A stretch of 64,000 nt of DNA from Ginglymostoma cirratum (lineage: Eukaryota), in the NCBI GenBank assembly GCA_024137785.1, contig JAHRHZ010000082.1:9763533-9827532 (forward strand), in the 5' to 3' direction. The translations under genes and the position numbers were made by a program. Positions 12,301-24,899 of this stretch are shown piece by piece. Numbering within the stretch: the first letter of the stretch is position 1; each line of letters starts with the position of its first letter. The notes under the pieces were generated by a model. The model had not been told where the DNA came from and did not search any database. It saw only the letters and a list, made by a program, of their open reading frames with translations.

Positions 12301-13659
12301 TGAGTTCTTCAACTCCTCCTTCTGTCTTCATGAACTCTATTCCCCATTAAGTGTCTAACATGAAACAGGTTCTGCACAGTTGTCCAGCAATGTCATCTCT
12401 ACTGATTCTACTGGGTCTCCATACCCCAGTGAATTGATTTGAAAAGCTTTTTTTTTTAATGAATCATTCTATAATCTTACCATGTTATTCATTTGCTAAT
12501 TCTCCAGCTTTTCATCTCATCACGTGTTTTCAGACTCACGGCTCAGACTTTCTCCCATCATCATTCACATTCACTCCATCTCTGGAATTAGTCCTTCATC
12601 AATCTCTGCTTTTACCTTTGTAATTTAGTCTTCCAGTTCTCTGACTTTGCTGCTTCCTCTAACTGACTTTTCAGCTTTCTCAATACGCAATGTGTATTAC
12701 TCTTCCTAATACAGATGGGAGTTCTGGAATTCCAGGGGATGATGGAGTTTTCGAAGGATGGTGATGACGTATGGTGTTGTAAAAATTAGTTTTGTGTGAT
12801 TGACAATCATGAACATTTAGCTTTCATTAATTGTAATAGCGAATGGATGAAAACGCCGTTTCTAGATCACAGCTCATGGAAGGTACAGAGAGTGAGATAA
12901 ACATAAGCAAGGCTAACGATTCTCTATTGCTGCTCACTTACACTAGTACTATTACTAAATCTTGTTATGGGTATTGCTGTGTGGCTTGGAGTGTTGGTCT
13001 TAAATGAGACTCACAGAATGCAACATAATTATAGAGGACAAGTAAGTACACACAGTACATCTGGGTTGCTTTAGGTCACTAACAATTGACTAAAAGTGAC
13101 TGATCAGTTGAACTTTGCCTACACAAGATGGTATCATTCTAGATTACTGAAATAAAATTAAAATAACTTGTAAATGAAAAATGATCAGGGCTGAGTAATT
13201 AACCTTACTGATGAAACCTAAACAACCCCTGACACCAGTGACCCAAAGCAGCCGCCTCAGCAAGTACATATGGGAAATAGGTGGGATGTCACAAAATGTA
13301 CAGACTGCATTGAGATTCTGAAGGCTGTCATCTCCACTGATATGAAGGAATGTGGTGTCATATGCTCGGTCATGCACACTATAATGGAATTGCATTTTAA
13401 CCAGAATATACCAAATTATATGTTTGAAACATAAACTGGAGCTGACTTTTTCTTCATCTCCTCTTATGCAGGGCCTTTGCTGTTTTTGAGTCTGAGAGAC
13501 TGAAATACTCGTTGCAGGAACGAGACACGGCAAGCTCTATCAACTGTTGACTGGCTTTCTAATTCCAGGTTCCAGGTATCCTCCCCACTTAAACAACAGC
13601 CAGGCTGTGTGACATTGATTCACTTCACAGCTTCTGGATAGCTACAACTCTGGATCACG

Positions 13660-13970
13660 TAGAACATGCAGCTCAGAATCAGGCCATTTAGCCAATTATT
13701 CAGGTCAGTGTTCCTGTTCTACATAAATTCCATTGTCATGTAAATCTCATCTCTTCTCCTTTCTGTGTTTATCTAGATTTCCCTTAAATGCATCTTGTGC
13801 AATTTACCTCAATTATTCCTTTATGGTGACAAGATGCATGTTGTAACATATTGTCTGCGTAAATGCATTTTCCCTGAACTCCCTATAGAATTTACTAGTG
13901 ACTATGATATTTATGGCACCTCATCTGGTACCCTCTCAAGTGGCACCATTTTCTTTGTGTTTATTCTCTA
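13660..13970 (-). mobile_element. Old CR1 3' end
   Basis: aggccatttagcca...tttatctagatttcccttaaatgcatc pattern seen in other minus-strand CR1 tails. Confidence 0.6.
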
Positions 13971-15088
13971 ACATACAAAGGATACTTCACAATAGAATGC
14001 TGAGCACTAGAATGTGGCTCCGGTCACCCATGTTAATCTGAATGACAGTGGCCTTCAAACGTCCCAGCTTTTCACAATCGCCTCCAACTTGCTCCTAGCC
14101 CCTTCCATCTTTTCCTCTCTGAATCCATGTCATATTTACAATCCCAATAATAATCTGTGCCTGTTTGTACTCACTCGCCAGCTGTCAGTCATAGTAATGC
14201 TTTTCTTTCGGTGATGGTCCGTCAGGGCGGGAAAGCAAAAATGTTCTCCCAATGCTTTGCATGGATTGTTTATTTTATTGAGCATGGTAAATATCAACTG
14301 ACATTGAAGAAAATAATTCTGAGCTGTAGCTTTTAATGTTGTCTCCCTGCATCTTGAGCTGAATGGGCAATGTTTGCGTCTTGGGCTGAATTCAATTTTG
14401 CAATCAGTTAAATCTGTGATCTGTGTGTGTCTGGGCATTTTCCACTATATTTTCTTAATTGTACTGAATGAAATATGGACTTTCCAACTACGCATAGGAT
14501 TTAAGTCAGGTGCAAGATAGTAGGAGAATTAATTATGCAATAATATAGTTGAACAGTCTTCAAACTGAGATGTACAGAAGAAAGTGGATACTAATTTCCA
14601 ATAAAAGTAGAAGATCCAGGACTTAAAAGGGCTTTCCATCCCAGCCTATGCTTTGTCACAATAGCAGTAAAACAGGGGCTATCAATTTTCAACTTTTCTA
14701 CATCTGATTTTATTCTCTGCGTTTGTGATAGTAAGACTATTCATAGATTAAAATGGATTAAAAACACCTACTTAAAATGGCAGCAGTGACAGCCTGACCA
14801 CAGAGCAAGGCAAGTTCAAGTAAGGAATGTGAATAAGCAAAATCATCCGAACTGAAAATATCATTTTGACTAAAGGCATCAAACCCTGTCAATCATGCCA
14901 GGTATAAAGAAAATCATATTTCCTGCTTTAATATACACTTGGTCATGAGAAGTTGCACATATTGGCCATGAAAGTTGTCTGCAATGATCCAACTTTGAAA
15001 GACAATGCGCACAGACTCAGAAAGACGTAAAGAAGCAAATTTTAGTAGCTACTCGGCAGAACTGCAGACAGAGAGAAAGAAATAGGGA

Positions 15089-15218
15089 TTGCTTCCTTGA
15101 GGTCATTCTTTGTTTACTCCTCCCCTGGTGTCAGTAGACATTTTATCTCACTCAGCATTCTCCAGATTCCTTTTCAGATATTGAACGAACTACAATAAAA
15201 ATGAATCAGTATTTTATG
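15089..15218. repeat. About 130-bp diverged direct repeat, copy 1 (copy 2 at 16071-16199)
   Basis: Collinear alignment by eye, about 85% identity by hand count. Confidence 0.95.
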
Positions 15219-15729
15219 GACAGCACCTGGTAAAAGAAACAACTCAGAGAAACATCCATTTCCTAAGAACTAAAAGGTAACTACAAATTTTGCCACTGCT
15301 GAGGATACCAGTTGACAATTGAACAATTGTGGTCTAAGGTTAAAAATCTAACATCCCAAGAACTCTAATGACTTTTAAACTATATATCCTCTATTTTTTG
15401 TGCCTTCGTGTTAAACTTATTACTGATGTTTGTGTGTGTTTGATGTTGCAGTGTTATTTTGCTCGGGCTTATTAAGGAAAAAAATTCTCCTTCCCTTCCC
15501 TCAAGAAGAGCTTATAATTCGCTCCTTTATTTTGATTTATATGATATTTTGGTTGAAGTGAAATAGCTGTTTGCTAAAAAGAAATGTTGTGGCCTGCCAA
15601 GGCTGCACTTCAAAGAGCAGAGCCCATTTAGCCCTCCCCAATTGGTCTTAATATTTTTTCCAAATATATTTGTATTATTTATGTGTAATAGTACAAAAGC
15701 TGGCAAATAATAATTTCATGGCTCTGATG

Positions 15730-16760
15730 TTTTGATTGTCACTTCAATGAATAACAGCAGAACATTTAGCTGCCTCAGCTAATCTTTCGCTGGTAATCTA
15801 GTCCTAGATTTCACCAAATCATCCAATGAATTTCTTCAAATTGATCCTTTCCACCACATTTTTGACCACCATTCTGAATTGCTCCCTGTTAGTATCCCAT
15901 CTTCCAAACATTCTATTTCCAATTTGTCAAGCTCCTTGGAATGTGGATCTCCTGAATAACTCTGCTTGCCTTGATATAAGCCACTGGCTTGATGTATGAA
16001 CAGTGCAATTCCTCCTTGAGAAAATGGCACCAAGTCAGACTTATCGACCACCACTTAGCAAAGACATGAGTTGCTTCCTTTAGTCATTCCTTGTTTACTC
16101 CTCCCTCAACATCAGTAGACATTTCATCTCACTCAGAATTCTCCAGATTCCTTTTCGGATATTGAACAAACTGCAATAAAAACAAATCAGTACTTTGTGA
16201 GATAAAATATCGAGGCATATTAAGTCATAATTAATTCCCAATGCCTCTGAAATTGATGAGTAAATGTTAAGTCTATGGCACTAACTCAGGGTATACTCAA
16301 TCACTTATATCCAGTGGCATATACTTTTAGAACAATGGAAAGAAGTTTGTTTTGACCTGACAAAAAAGGGGAAAACACTTCCTTCAGATTCGTAATTCTT
16401 GGAGAAGAAACATTACTAGTTCCATTCCATCAACCAGTCATAACACATCCACCTTTAACACTGCAAGAGCCAACATACCACAAATGAATATCAAAAATTT
16501 TCCTCTTCCCTGCGTGGAATCCATGATTGGACAGTTCCTACAAAACACATTTTTTTAAAATGCATGTTCCAACCTCACATTTCCGGAGTTTCAGTGCAGA
16601 GGTCAACACATCCAATCCACAATCTACAGGAACTTCTGTCCAATAAAAGCTGCGGGATTGACAAGTCTTAAAATGTAACCCCACATTTTGTTTGCATCAT
16701 GATTGGAGTCCTCACTTTCCTGTGGAAGGTCAGTTTGAATTTCTACCAGATTTATTTATG
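15730..16760 (-). pseudogene. Unidentified decayed coding-like sequence with splice-acceptor-like signals
   Basis: Minus-strand tactgatttgtttttattgcag acceptor followed by protein-like frames broken by stops and frameshifts; family not recognised. Confidence 0.3.
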
Positions 16761-17039
16761 ACATTAGCAGATCTTTCTCCTTAGAAATCTCATCAAACTA
16801 TTATGGAATTTTTATCTTTTAAACTATATAATTAATTTTGCAGTGAACTAGAGATGCAATTTAAAACCTATACATTTTGTTTTATTTAATGAAGGATGTT
16901 AGTTTAAAGAATGCCATGGTACAGTTACTCATTAAAATAAAAATGATTTGCTAAACTCCTAGACCTGGATAAATTTTCCTTAGCAAATTGCTCATGTGCC
17001 ATTATCCAACATCAGCTGAACCACAGATGCTCTTGTCAA

Positions 17040-17395
17040 CTGTGGTTCAGTTGTGTTCTTGTTTTTCAAGCAGAAAACTATGCAGTTAAGTCTCAGCAGG
17101 GACTTGAGAATAGTAGCTCTAGTACGAGAGGTGGGCAGCACTGTTGGAAGGGTATCTTTTGGATGAAATATTAAACTGAGGCCTGTCTACTTTTTCAGCT
17201 TAATGTAAACGGTCTCCTGTCAAGCTCCTTGGAATGTGGATGAAGAAGAATGGGAAAACTTGTGGTGCCACGGCCAATATCTTTCACTCAGTGACCAGTA
17301 CTGAAATAGGTTGTCTGATCATTATCACCTTATTACAGTGGAAAGTTACTGTCCACAAATTTGTTGCTGTATTTCCTGGATTACAGCAGTTACTG
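17040..17395 (+). mobile_element. Degenerate Deu-domain SINE
   Basis: ctgtggttcagt head, ttttggatgaaatattaaactgaggcctgtct and ctgatcattatcacc motifs. Confidence 0.7.
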
Positions 17396-20300
17396 CGTTT
17401 CTTCATTGTCTCTCTCTTGTTTTCAGATATACTGAAGACTGCAATTTTTGAACAGCATAAGTATGTTTAGTATAGCTTTCAGGTTCAATGAATGGAAAGG
17501 TAAAGAGCAACAAAACATTGCAGAAATGTAAAATAATAAAACCTCACTTTTTTTTCAATTCAAATTTTGGCATGAAAGTCTTGTATCCTTTCCACCTCCA
17601 ATTTATGTTTGATATGGATTGATCAGTTCTAATGTTCAAGGATTGTATTAAGAAACACTGAAATTTGTGTGCCCAGATAAAATCAATAATTCTGACATTC
17701 CAATGGGCAATGCTCTGGAAAAGAGTGTAGGTAATCAGCATTCCAGTTCTGTAGCTCTACTGTGCTCCCCAGCGTCAGCTCAAAAATCAAAGAACTTGCC
17801 TTTGTTTTTCATAAACTATGACTCTGTCTGCATGCAAGTGATACATTGACACTCTTCTGAAGGACAGCTTGGGCACATCCCAAGGTTCTGTACACATCCT
17901 TCAACCAAAATCACCACACCTGATTAACTACAATATCATTTTAATTCTGTTGGTCCATGCTATTTAACTGTCACATTAGTCAGCATTGCTTCACTAACTG
18001 CACATTAAAATAAATTATTTTCTCTGAAGCACTTTTGAACATCCTTATATAAGAAGTAAAACAAACTGCATAAAGACATGTTTATTCTTCTCCCCTTTTA
18101 ATTCTCTATTGTTGGATCTACTGGGCGTGGTTGGGAAAGGGGGTGAGGGGAGGATGATTATTGACTTTGTTTGATATTACGAAAAGGGAGACAGCAAATA
18201 GGAAGTCTATACCACATCTTTCAAAACTTTTATTTCCATTGACATCTGCACAGACTTCCCTGCTAGGTAAGTGGAGTCTACCAGGTAATTTAACCAGCTA
18301 CTTTTCAGGAAATAGATCCAACTATGTTAATGTTCATTAAATTCAGCAACTCCCCTATCTTTCTGGGATTTTTGGGTCACCTGCCATTCCTTTGCTCCTT
18401 CCCTTCCTCATCATTCACAAAAAATCCAATACCACAAATTCTCATAGCTACAATTCCTCCAGTCCAACAGTAAGTGTGGAAAATACCAAAATTTGTAAAG
18501 AGGGATACAGCACTTGATCAGATATGAACTGATCAGAGAAGTTTAAATATCCTTGTTAAGGGCAAGTTATCAAGAACATTTTTCGAAGGGTTACCAACTG
18601 AGATAGATACGGGGCTGTTGATAAATTTTTTCTACATTGCCTACCACCTAACATTCAATCAGGTCCACAAAAGAACTTACTTCACAACAATGACCCTGGA
18701 TGGGGACTATAAGGAAGGCCCAAATTTAGCCAGAAATTGGGCTGTGACCTATTTTATTTGCAGAAACTGCTGACCCAAAACAGGCACTCTTACTCATTAG
18801 CATAGGCAATGTGTACCCCAGGTTACTGAAAAATGATCAATCCGATATTGGTTTATACATCTTTCAGTCTTTGGAAATATGGAAATTGCTCCCCAAAACT
18901 GCTAACACCCTATTTGATTCATAATAAAATGAGTGCAATGTGTTCCAATTTCCACCTGACAGATTTTCCAAAATTGCTTAATACAGTGGGATGGCCTGAA
19001 GTCTAACTGCAAGCAAGCTTTTAGTCAGCCAGTTTCTCTTCCAGAGCCAAGTTAACTTAGTTCCACTGTTGACTAGCTTTTCCACCAAGTGTCAATGTAA
19101 ATGATTATCATCTTCTGTGTGGTACAAACCAGAACTAGAACATATGATAGAATTCTTACAAAAATTAATTTGCAATAAACCAGTTGCACCATATTCTGTA
19201 AGTCTTTCTAATCATGGTGAAACTGAATAGGTTGAAATTATTTTGAAAAAAAGGCTTTCTTTTGCCACATCACCCCCCGCCCCTCCGCAATACGCACACA
19301 CAAAACTGAAAATTTCTTGCTTCTTCAGAATTGTATTAAGTTATTTTAAGGTAAACTAAAGCACAATTCATGTAACTAATTAGTGCATTTTGTGACTGTT
19401 CTCTGCTCCATTATCTGCAGAAGGGCTACCTTGGTCTAATTTACCTGAGTAAACTGTAGTGCACATAGCTATAAAATGACGATTTCCGCTATAGAGGAAA
19501 ATATATGTATAATTTTAGCATACAGCCTGTGCCAACACTATTAACCTCTATACAATAAAGTCCACATTGTTTATTGTCTTCAATAGCTCGAGTCTATAGG
19601 GGCCTATTCATTTTATGTTAATTTGATTTGGGTTTTACTTATTTCGACTGAACAGATTCCCAGTTAAATTATAAAACTGTTCTGTTAATGCAGGTAAGTA
19701 GTAAATTATGGGTAACCTATACAGGACGGAGGCATTCTGTCCAAATGATGAGAAAAAAATTAAAACGACCTTGGATTGTGGTCTCATTTTATTTTCAGAC
19801 TGTGTGTGTGAATTTAGCAGCTTACAGTAAAAGCAGTGTTCCAGAATTCCGGAAAAAAAGAAGTGCTGGTAGCCTTAGGCAGTAATTCCAAGAGGAATAG
19901 TCTGTGACTTGGCAAACTTTATTCCTCTCTGTCTATATTCCAGTGCTGCTTGGAGCCAGCTTAAGACTCAGGTGCAGTCTCCTATTTCTGGTCCTTCTGG
20001 CAGTGCCATTCAAGTGCGGACAGGAGTTATCAGTACAAATGTCTGGACATTATCCACACAGAGACTTTGACGAATCAGAGTTCAAATGCAAAAGCAAGGT
20101 GACAACATAGCCATGTGTTGTCTCACAACAGCGCTGGCTCTGGTGTTGGTTCAGTAATATGAACTTGAATCAATCTCAATGATAGCAAAGAATTTTAAGA
20201 TTGTTTTTTTACAGGATAAGGGATTGCTGTGTGCAGGCTATGTTACCTGGTAAACAGCATTGTACTGGGCAGCAGAGAAATTACTTTCCTTGGTGTAAGG

Positions 20301-20494
20301 AGAAAATGACTGGCACAAGGCTGTCTTGGTCAGAAACAAATGACTGGATCAATGTCTTTGCAATCCAAGTCTCACCGTGACTTGGTCACGTCTTGGAACG
20401 TTCTCCCACAAATAAATATACAGCTCTTTTTGAGATCCATCCACTTAAGAACTAGCCTGCCTCAGCACCAAGTAATTTTATTCCTGAGTATAAT

Positions 20495-22830
20495 GACATC
20501 GTGTATTTATGTGTTGCCTAGAACATAATGAAACTTCTAAGGTCTTCACAAGAGAATTTATGAAACAAATTATGGCCCCATGCCATATTAGGACATCTTT
20601 GGACAGATGTTCAAGAGCTTGGTTGTAAGGAATGTCTTAAATGAGGAAACAAAGGTAGAGAGATGGAGAGGCTTAGCGAGGGAATTCCAGAGCTTAGAGT
20701 CTAGTAAGCAGAACGAATAGTCAACATAAGCAAAGGAATTAAAGTCAGTGACGTTTGAGAGGCCAGATTTCGATTACTGCAAATATCTCGAAGGCATGCA
20801 GAGCTTGAGGATATTACAGAGATGCGGAAGCTGGATGAGAATTATAATCAGACATGAGGTGTTTCAGTGAGCAGAGAGTTATACGTGAGCTACATGTGAT
20901 CCAAGTTAGGACAGGAATAGCTAAGTTTTTGGAGGATATCAAGTTTAAAATGTTGGAGGTCAGCTCACAAGTTATTAGAATAGTCAATCTGAAGGCAACA
21001 AAGGGCTGGTTTTAATAGTTAATGCATGTTTTTCAGGCTGGAGAAAGGTTTGTAGTGGACGCCCCTGGGGTCAGCAAAAAGACCCTTGCTTTTCCTGATA
21101 GATATAAATAATCCGGATCATGATGTGCAAGGGACGATTTTAAAATTTGTGAACTGTACAAAGTTTTGGAGAACTGTAAACTGTGAGAACAGTGCAGAAC
21201 TTCAAAATGTCATTGACATGTTGGTGGACTGGGCAGATAGCTGACAGATGAAATTCAATGCAGGTTTGCACTTTGTACTAAGAGATTGTGGAGAGACAGA
21301 ACAAAATAAAGGCTACTGATCTAAATGGTGTGCAAGAGCTAAGACCTGAGTGTATATGTACATAATACATTAAAGCTGGCAAGATGTTTAATAAATCATA
21401 CAGTATTCTAGGTTTCATAAATAGTGATATAGAATATAAGAGCATTGTTATGATAAATTTATATAGGACAATAGTTAGATCTCAGCTGGCGTATTCTGAG
21501 TGCCATACTTTAGGCGAGATGTGAATGAATTGGAGAAAAGATTTATGAGAATTATTCCAGGGATGGAGAACTGAAGATAGGAGGAATAATTGGTGAAGTT
21601 GGGACAATTTTCCTTGGAATAGAGAAGGCTAAGAGAAGATGTAGTATAATTTTTCAGAATTATGGTCTGAACAGGACAGATAGGAAGAAATTCTTCCGGC
21701 TAATAAAATAATCGAGAGAGCACAATTTTAAAGTATTTTGCAAAAGAAGCAAGTGCGATGTGAGAAAAAACATTTTCACACAACGAGTAGTTCGGATCTG
21801 TAATACATTATCTGGAAGTGTGGTGGAGGCAGATTCAACAGAGGCATTGAAGAGGGCTTGAGTGGTTATTTAAATAGACACAATGTGCAAGGTTGTGAGG
21901 AATTGGAGCTAAGTTAAAAAGTCCTGAGAATATATGCAGACATTGTGGACTTATTCTGAACCATAATAATTCTGTGTTTCTGTGATTCAGCAGCAGGAGA
22001 GGAGGCAGGAGCAGTGGAGAATGACATTTTAAAGATATAATTAGATGGTTTTAACAACTGCACAGATATGTAATTGAAAGCTCATCTTGTCAAATTTAAC
22101 ACCAAAGAAACCATCTGGTTCAGCTTCAGATATTGGCCAGAGACAGGGATGGGATCAATGCAAGGCATAAAATTTATTGTGAAAACCAAAGACAATGAGT
22201 TCAGACTTCCCGCTGGCTAATTGGATGACATCCCTAGTCATCCAGTACTGTGACAATTTAAAAGTAATGGAGGGATCAGGAGAGTTGATGGTGAAATAGA
22301 TGTCATCAGGTTGCATATCATAACTTTAGTGTTTTCAAATGACGTTGCTGACAGACAGTATGTAGATTAGAAATAATGGGGATAAACTATACTCATTGAG
22401 ATACACCAGTGAAAATGGCACAGCAGTAGAAAGAGAAGCCATTGGATCCCTGACCACAATTAGATAGATAGGAACAGAACAAGACAAATATAGTTGCACC
22501 CAGATGGATTATAATGGAGAGGCCTTGGATGAAGGTGGTGTGGTCAACTATGTCAAAAACTAAATACTGATCAAGAAGGCAGAGGCGAGTTCTTTTACTT
22601 TGTTCGCAATCAGATAGGATGCAACTTGTGCATTTGATAAAAACCTTTATGGTAGTATGGCAGAGAATGGAAATCAGATTAGAGGGAATTTGAACATGGA
22701 TTTCCAGGAAAGATTGACGGGAGCTTGGGAAGTGACAACATCTCCAAACATTTTCAAAATGAATGAGAGGTTGGAGATAGGGTGGCAGTCTGCAAGGATT
22801 TGGATCAGGGGTTAAGTCCCTGGCTTGGCT
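20495..22830 (-). mobile_element. L2-clade LINE remnant, split by a CR1 insertion at about 21012-21988
   Basis: gagggaattccagagctt; gatgtcatcag (minus-strand ADD motif, about 22300); ggtgtggtcaactatgtcaaa (FDIVDH); parallels the L2 copy at 46170-46940. Confidence 0.7.
21012..21988 (+). mobile_element. CR1 LINE (RT domain to 3' tail), nested in L2
   Basis: FSGWRKVCSG.P.GS...PLLFLI.INN...MKFNA... through the tail ttctgtgtttctgtgattc. Confidence 0.9.
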
Positions 22831-23799
22831 GATTGCATACAATGTGGAAGTCACAAACTAAAATAATGTATTTCCACCTCAGGAGTAGAGCATCTGAAAT
22901 TCATCAATTCCACTGACAATTTGCCAATGTGCCTGGGGGTTTATATCTTTCTCCTCCAATGCAGGTTTATGTTTTGCTTTAAAAGAACTCAGGGATATAT
23001 ATTTATGGAAAGTGGTAGAATTAATAAATCTCTGTGTTAATTTGATAGTCCAAAGGGCATGGAAAATATATTGCACTGAAGCTGTTACCTTGTACTGAAT
23101 CTCAGTCAACATTCAAAGTCCTTCAGAACTCAATTCCCCAAAAAAATTCAGAAAAAGGAAATCAACCTCTGGTCCTGGAGATTGGAAGGGATTTGTGATA
23201 TGATTGTGACATAGGTTTATGTTTTCGGTTAAAGCAGACTAATTGCGTTTGTATTTCTGAAATAAGAAACTTACCCACTTTAAGACATCATGTTTTAATA
23301 GCATTACTTAAAAAATGGTTTTCATCTTCATATACACTCTACGTTATTATTCCATTATATCTCTGCCCTATATCGCATGCCCTCAATAAAATTCCTCATC
23401 TGCCCCATGTCATCTACTCTGATGTACCTTCCTGTGATTAGTGCCTCCACTGCAGTTTGTCTTCCTGCTGATTATTCTTTCAATGGTCCAAACTTCATCA
23501 ACTGCTGATCTCTACCACAATCTGTCACCAGGTATTTGATCACCTTCCTTAACCTAGTACAGCACATTAGTGTGTATTTTTCACAGCATTTGATGTGCTA
23601 TAAAATACAAGCTACCTTTAATGCCAATGAGAGATGTGATGAGTCAAATACAAAGTGGAAAGATTTCTATTTAAATTACATTGGAGTTATTAATTAAGTC
23701 TGGGCAGGTACATGAGTCTGGGGGCAGGTGTGTACTTATCCAAAAAGTGAAAGGGTTGACTAAATGGTGACTAATACTGAATCACTTTAATAGTCTTCT

Positions 23800-24725
23800 G
23801 ACTGTGATGAATATCATTGTGATGAAGGATTTTGGTATTATGTTTTGATTATTTTCTGGATTTTTACTTCTATGTTTTGTGAGTTAAGAAGGGGAAGACA
23901 TAATTTTAGTTTCATTTCTGAGAACTGTGAGTGAAGCTGGTTTGTCTGCAAATTTGTTATGTAAATTTAAATGAGCCCTTTAAAGTAAGCCCTTGAGGTG
24001 CTATGGGCGCGAGAGTAAAAGAGAGAGAGAAAAAAATGAGCTGTAGTGTTCTATGACACAGAAATAAGTTTATCTGCAAGAGAGAACCAACCAGAAAATT
24101 AGCGAGTAAGCAGGTCTCATTATGAGAGAGTAGCAGGCCATTCGGAGATTTCAAAAGACCCATAAGATTAGCAGCACAGTTTATCAGTCTCCAAGACAGT
24201 ACAAAGCAAAATAGGTCCTGAGTAATTAAAAGTTAGTAAAAGAAAAGCTACGAAAACCAAACGCTTTGAGGGGTCAGACAGGAAGATATCTCAAACAAGA
24301 TTGTTAAATGTATGTGTTTAGGGAACACGTGTTAAGGATTAAATGAGCTGTGTGAGCAGTTTCCTTAAGGCCTCATTAAGACAAATTGATCAAAGCAGAT
24401 AACAGTGATTGAATGAAGATATATGCCTAAAAGAAACCAAATACAACTGTGCCAACTGAACAAGAGGTGATTCTTCAGTGAAGTTTGAATCACTGTAAGA
24501 TTTTTGTAAAGGTAGTAATGTTGAATTTTTATTTATGATAATTGTGATAAGACCATTTCAAATAGTTGTTATCTCGTGCAAAAATAGTTTGTGTTTGTTT
24601 TTCCCTTTTGTACATATTGGGTCTAACTTTTCTAATGGTAAACATTAGCAGCCTCTGATGAATATGTTCAATGACTGACCATTACAGTAAACAACCGCAA
24701 AAATAAAGCTGATTGAGCACAACTG
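23800..24725. mobile_element. Possible LTR-type repeat
   Basis: Begins tgtgatg; LTR-like layout ending in AATAAA; no TSD confirmed. Confidence 0.25.
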
Positions 24726-24899
24726 TTACCAGGCTCTAAGCGGCAAGGTCATTGGCATGAGGAGTAGTAGAATTGGGCAAGTTATTCAATGAAGCCTATT
24801 TTGATGTCAAAATCATCTTACTTCATCATGTAAACTTTTCACAAGCAATCCAGCAAAGTTCACATTAGGCAGTGGCTTGTTCCCAATTGACTCTCACCA

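Noticed and set aside
13445-13575. Plus-strand exon candidate (AFAVFESERLKYSLQERDTASSINC*)
   Set aside because: Acceptor-like signal only; no homology or partner exons recognised.
17013-17053. 14-bp stem hairpin as a miRNA or terminator
   Set aside because: Too short for a pre-miRNA; the right arm is the 5' head of the SINE at 17040, so it is probably a head-to-head SINE junction.
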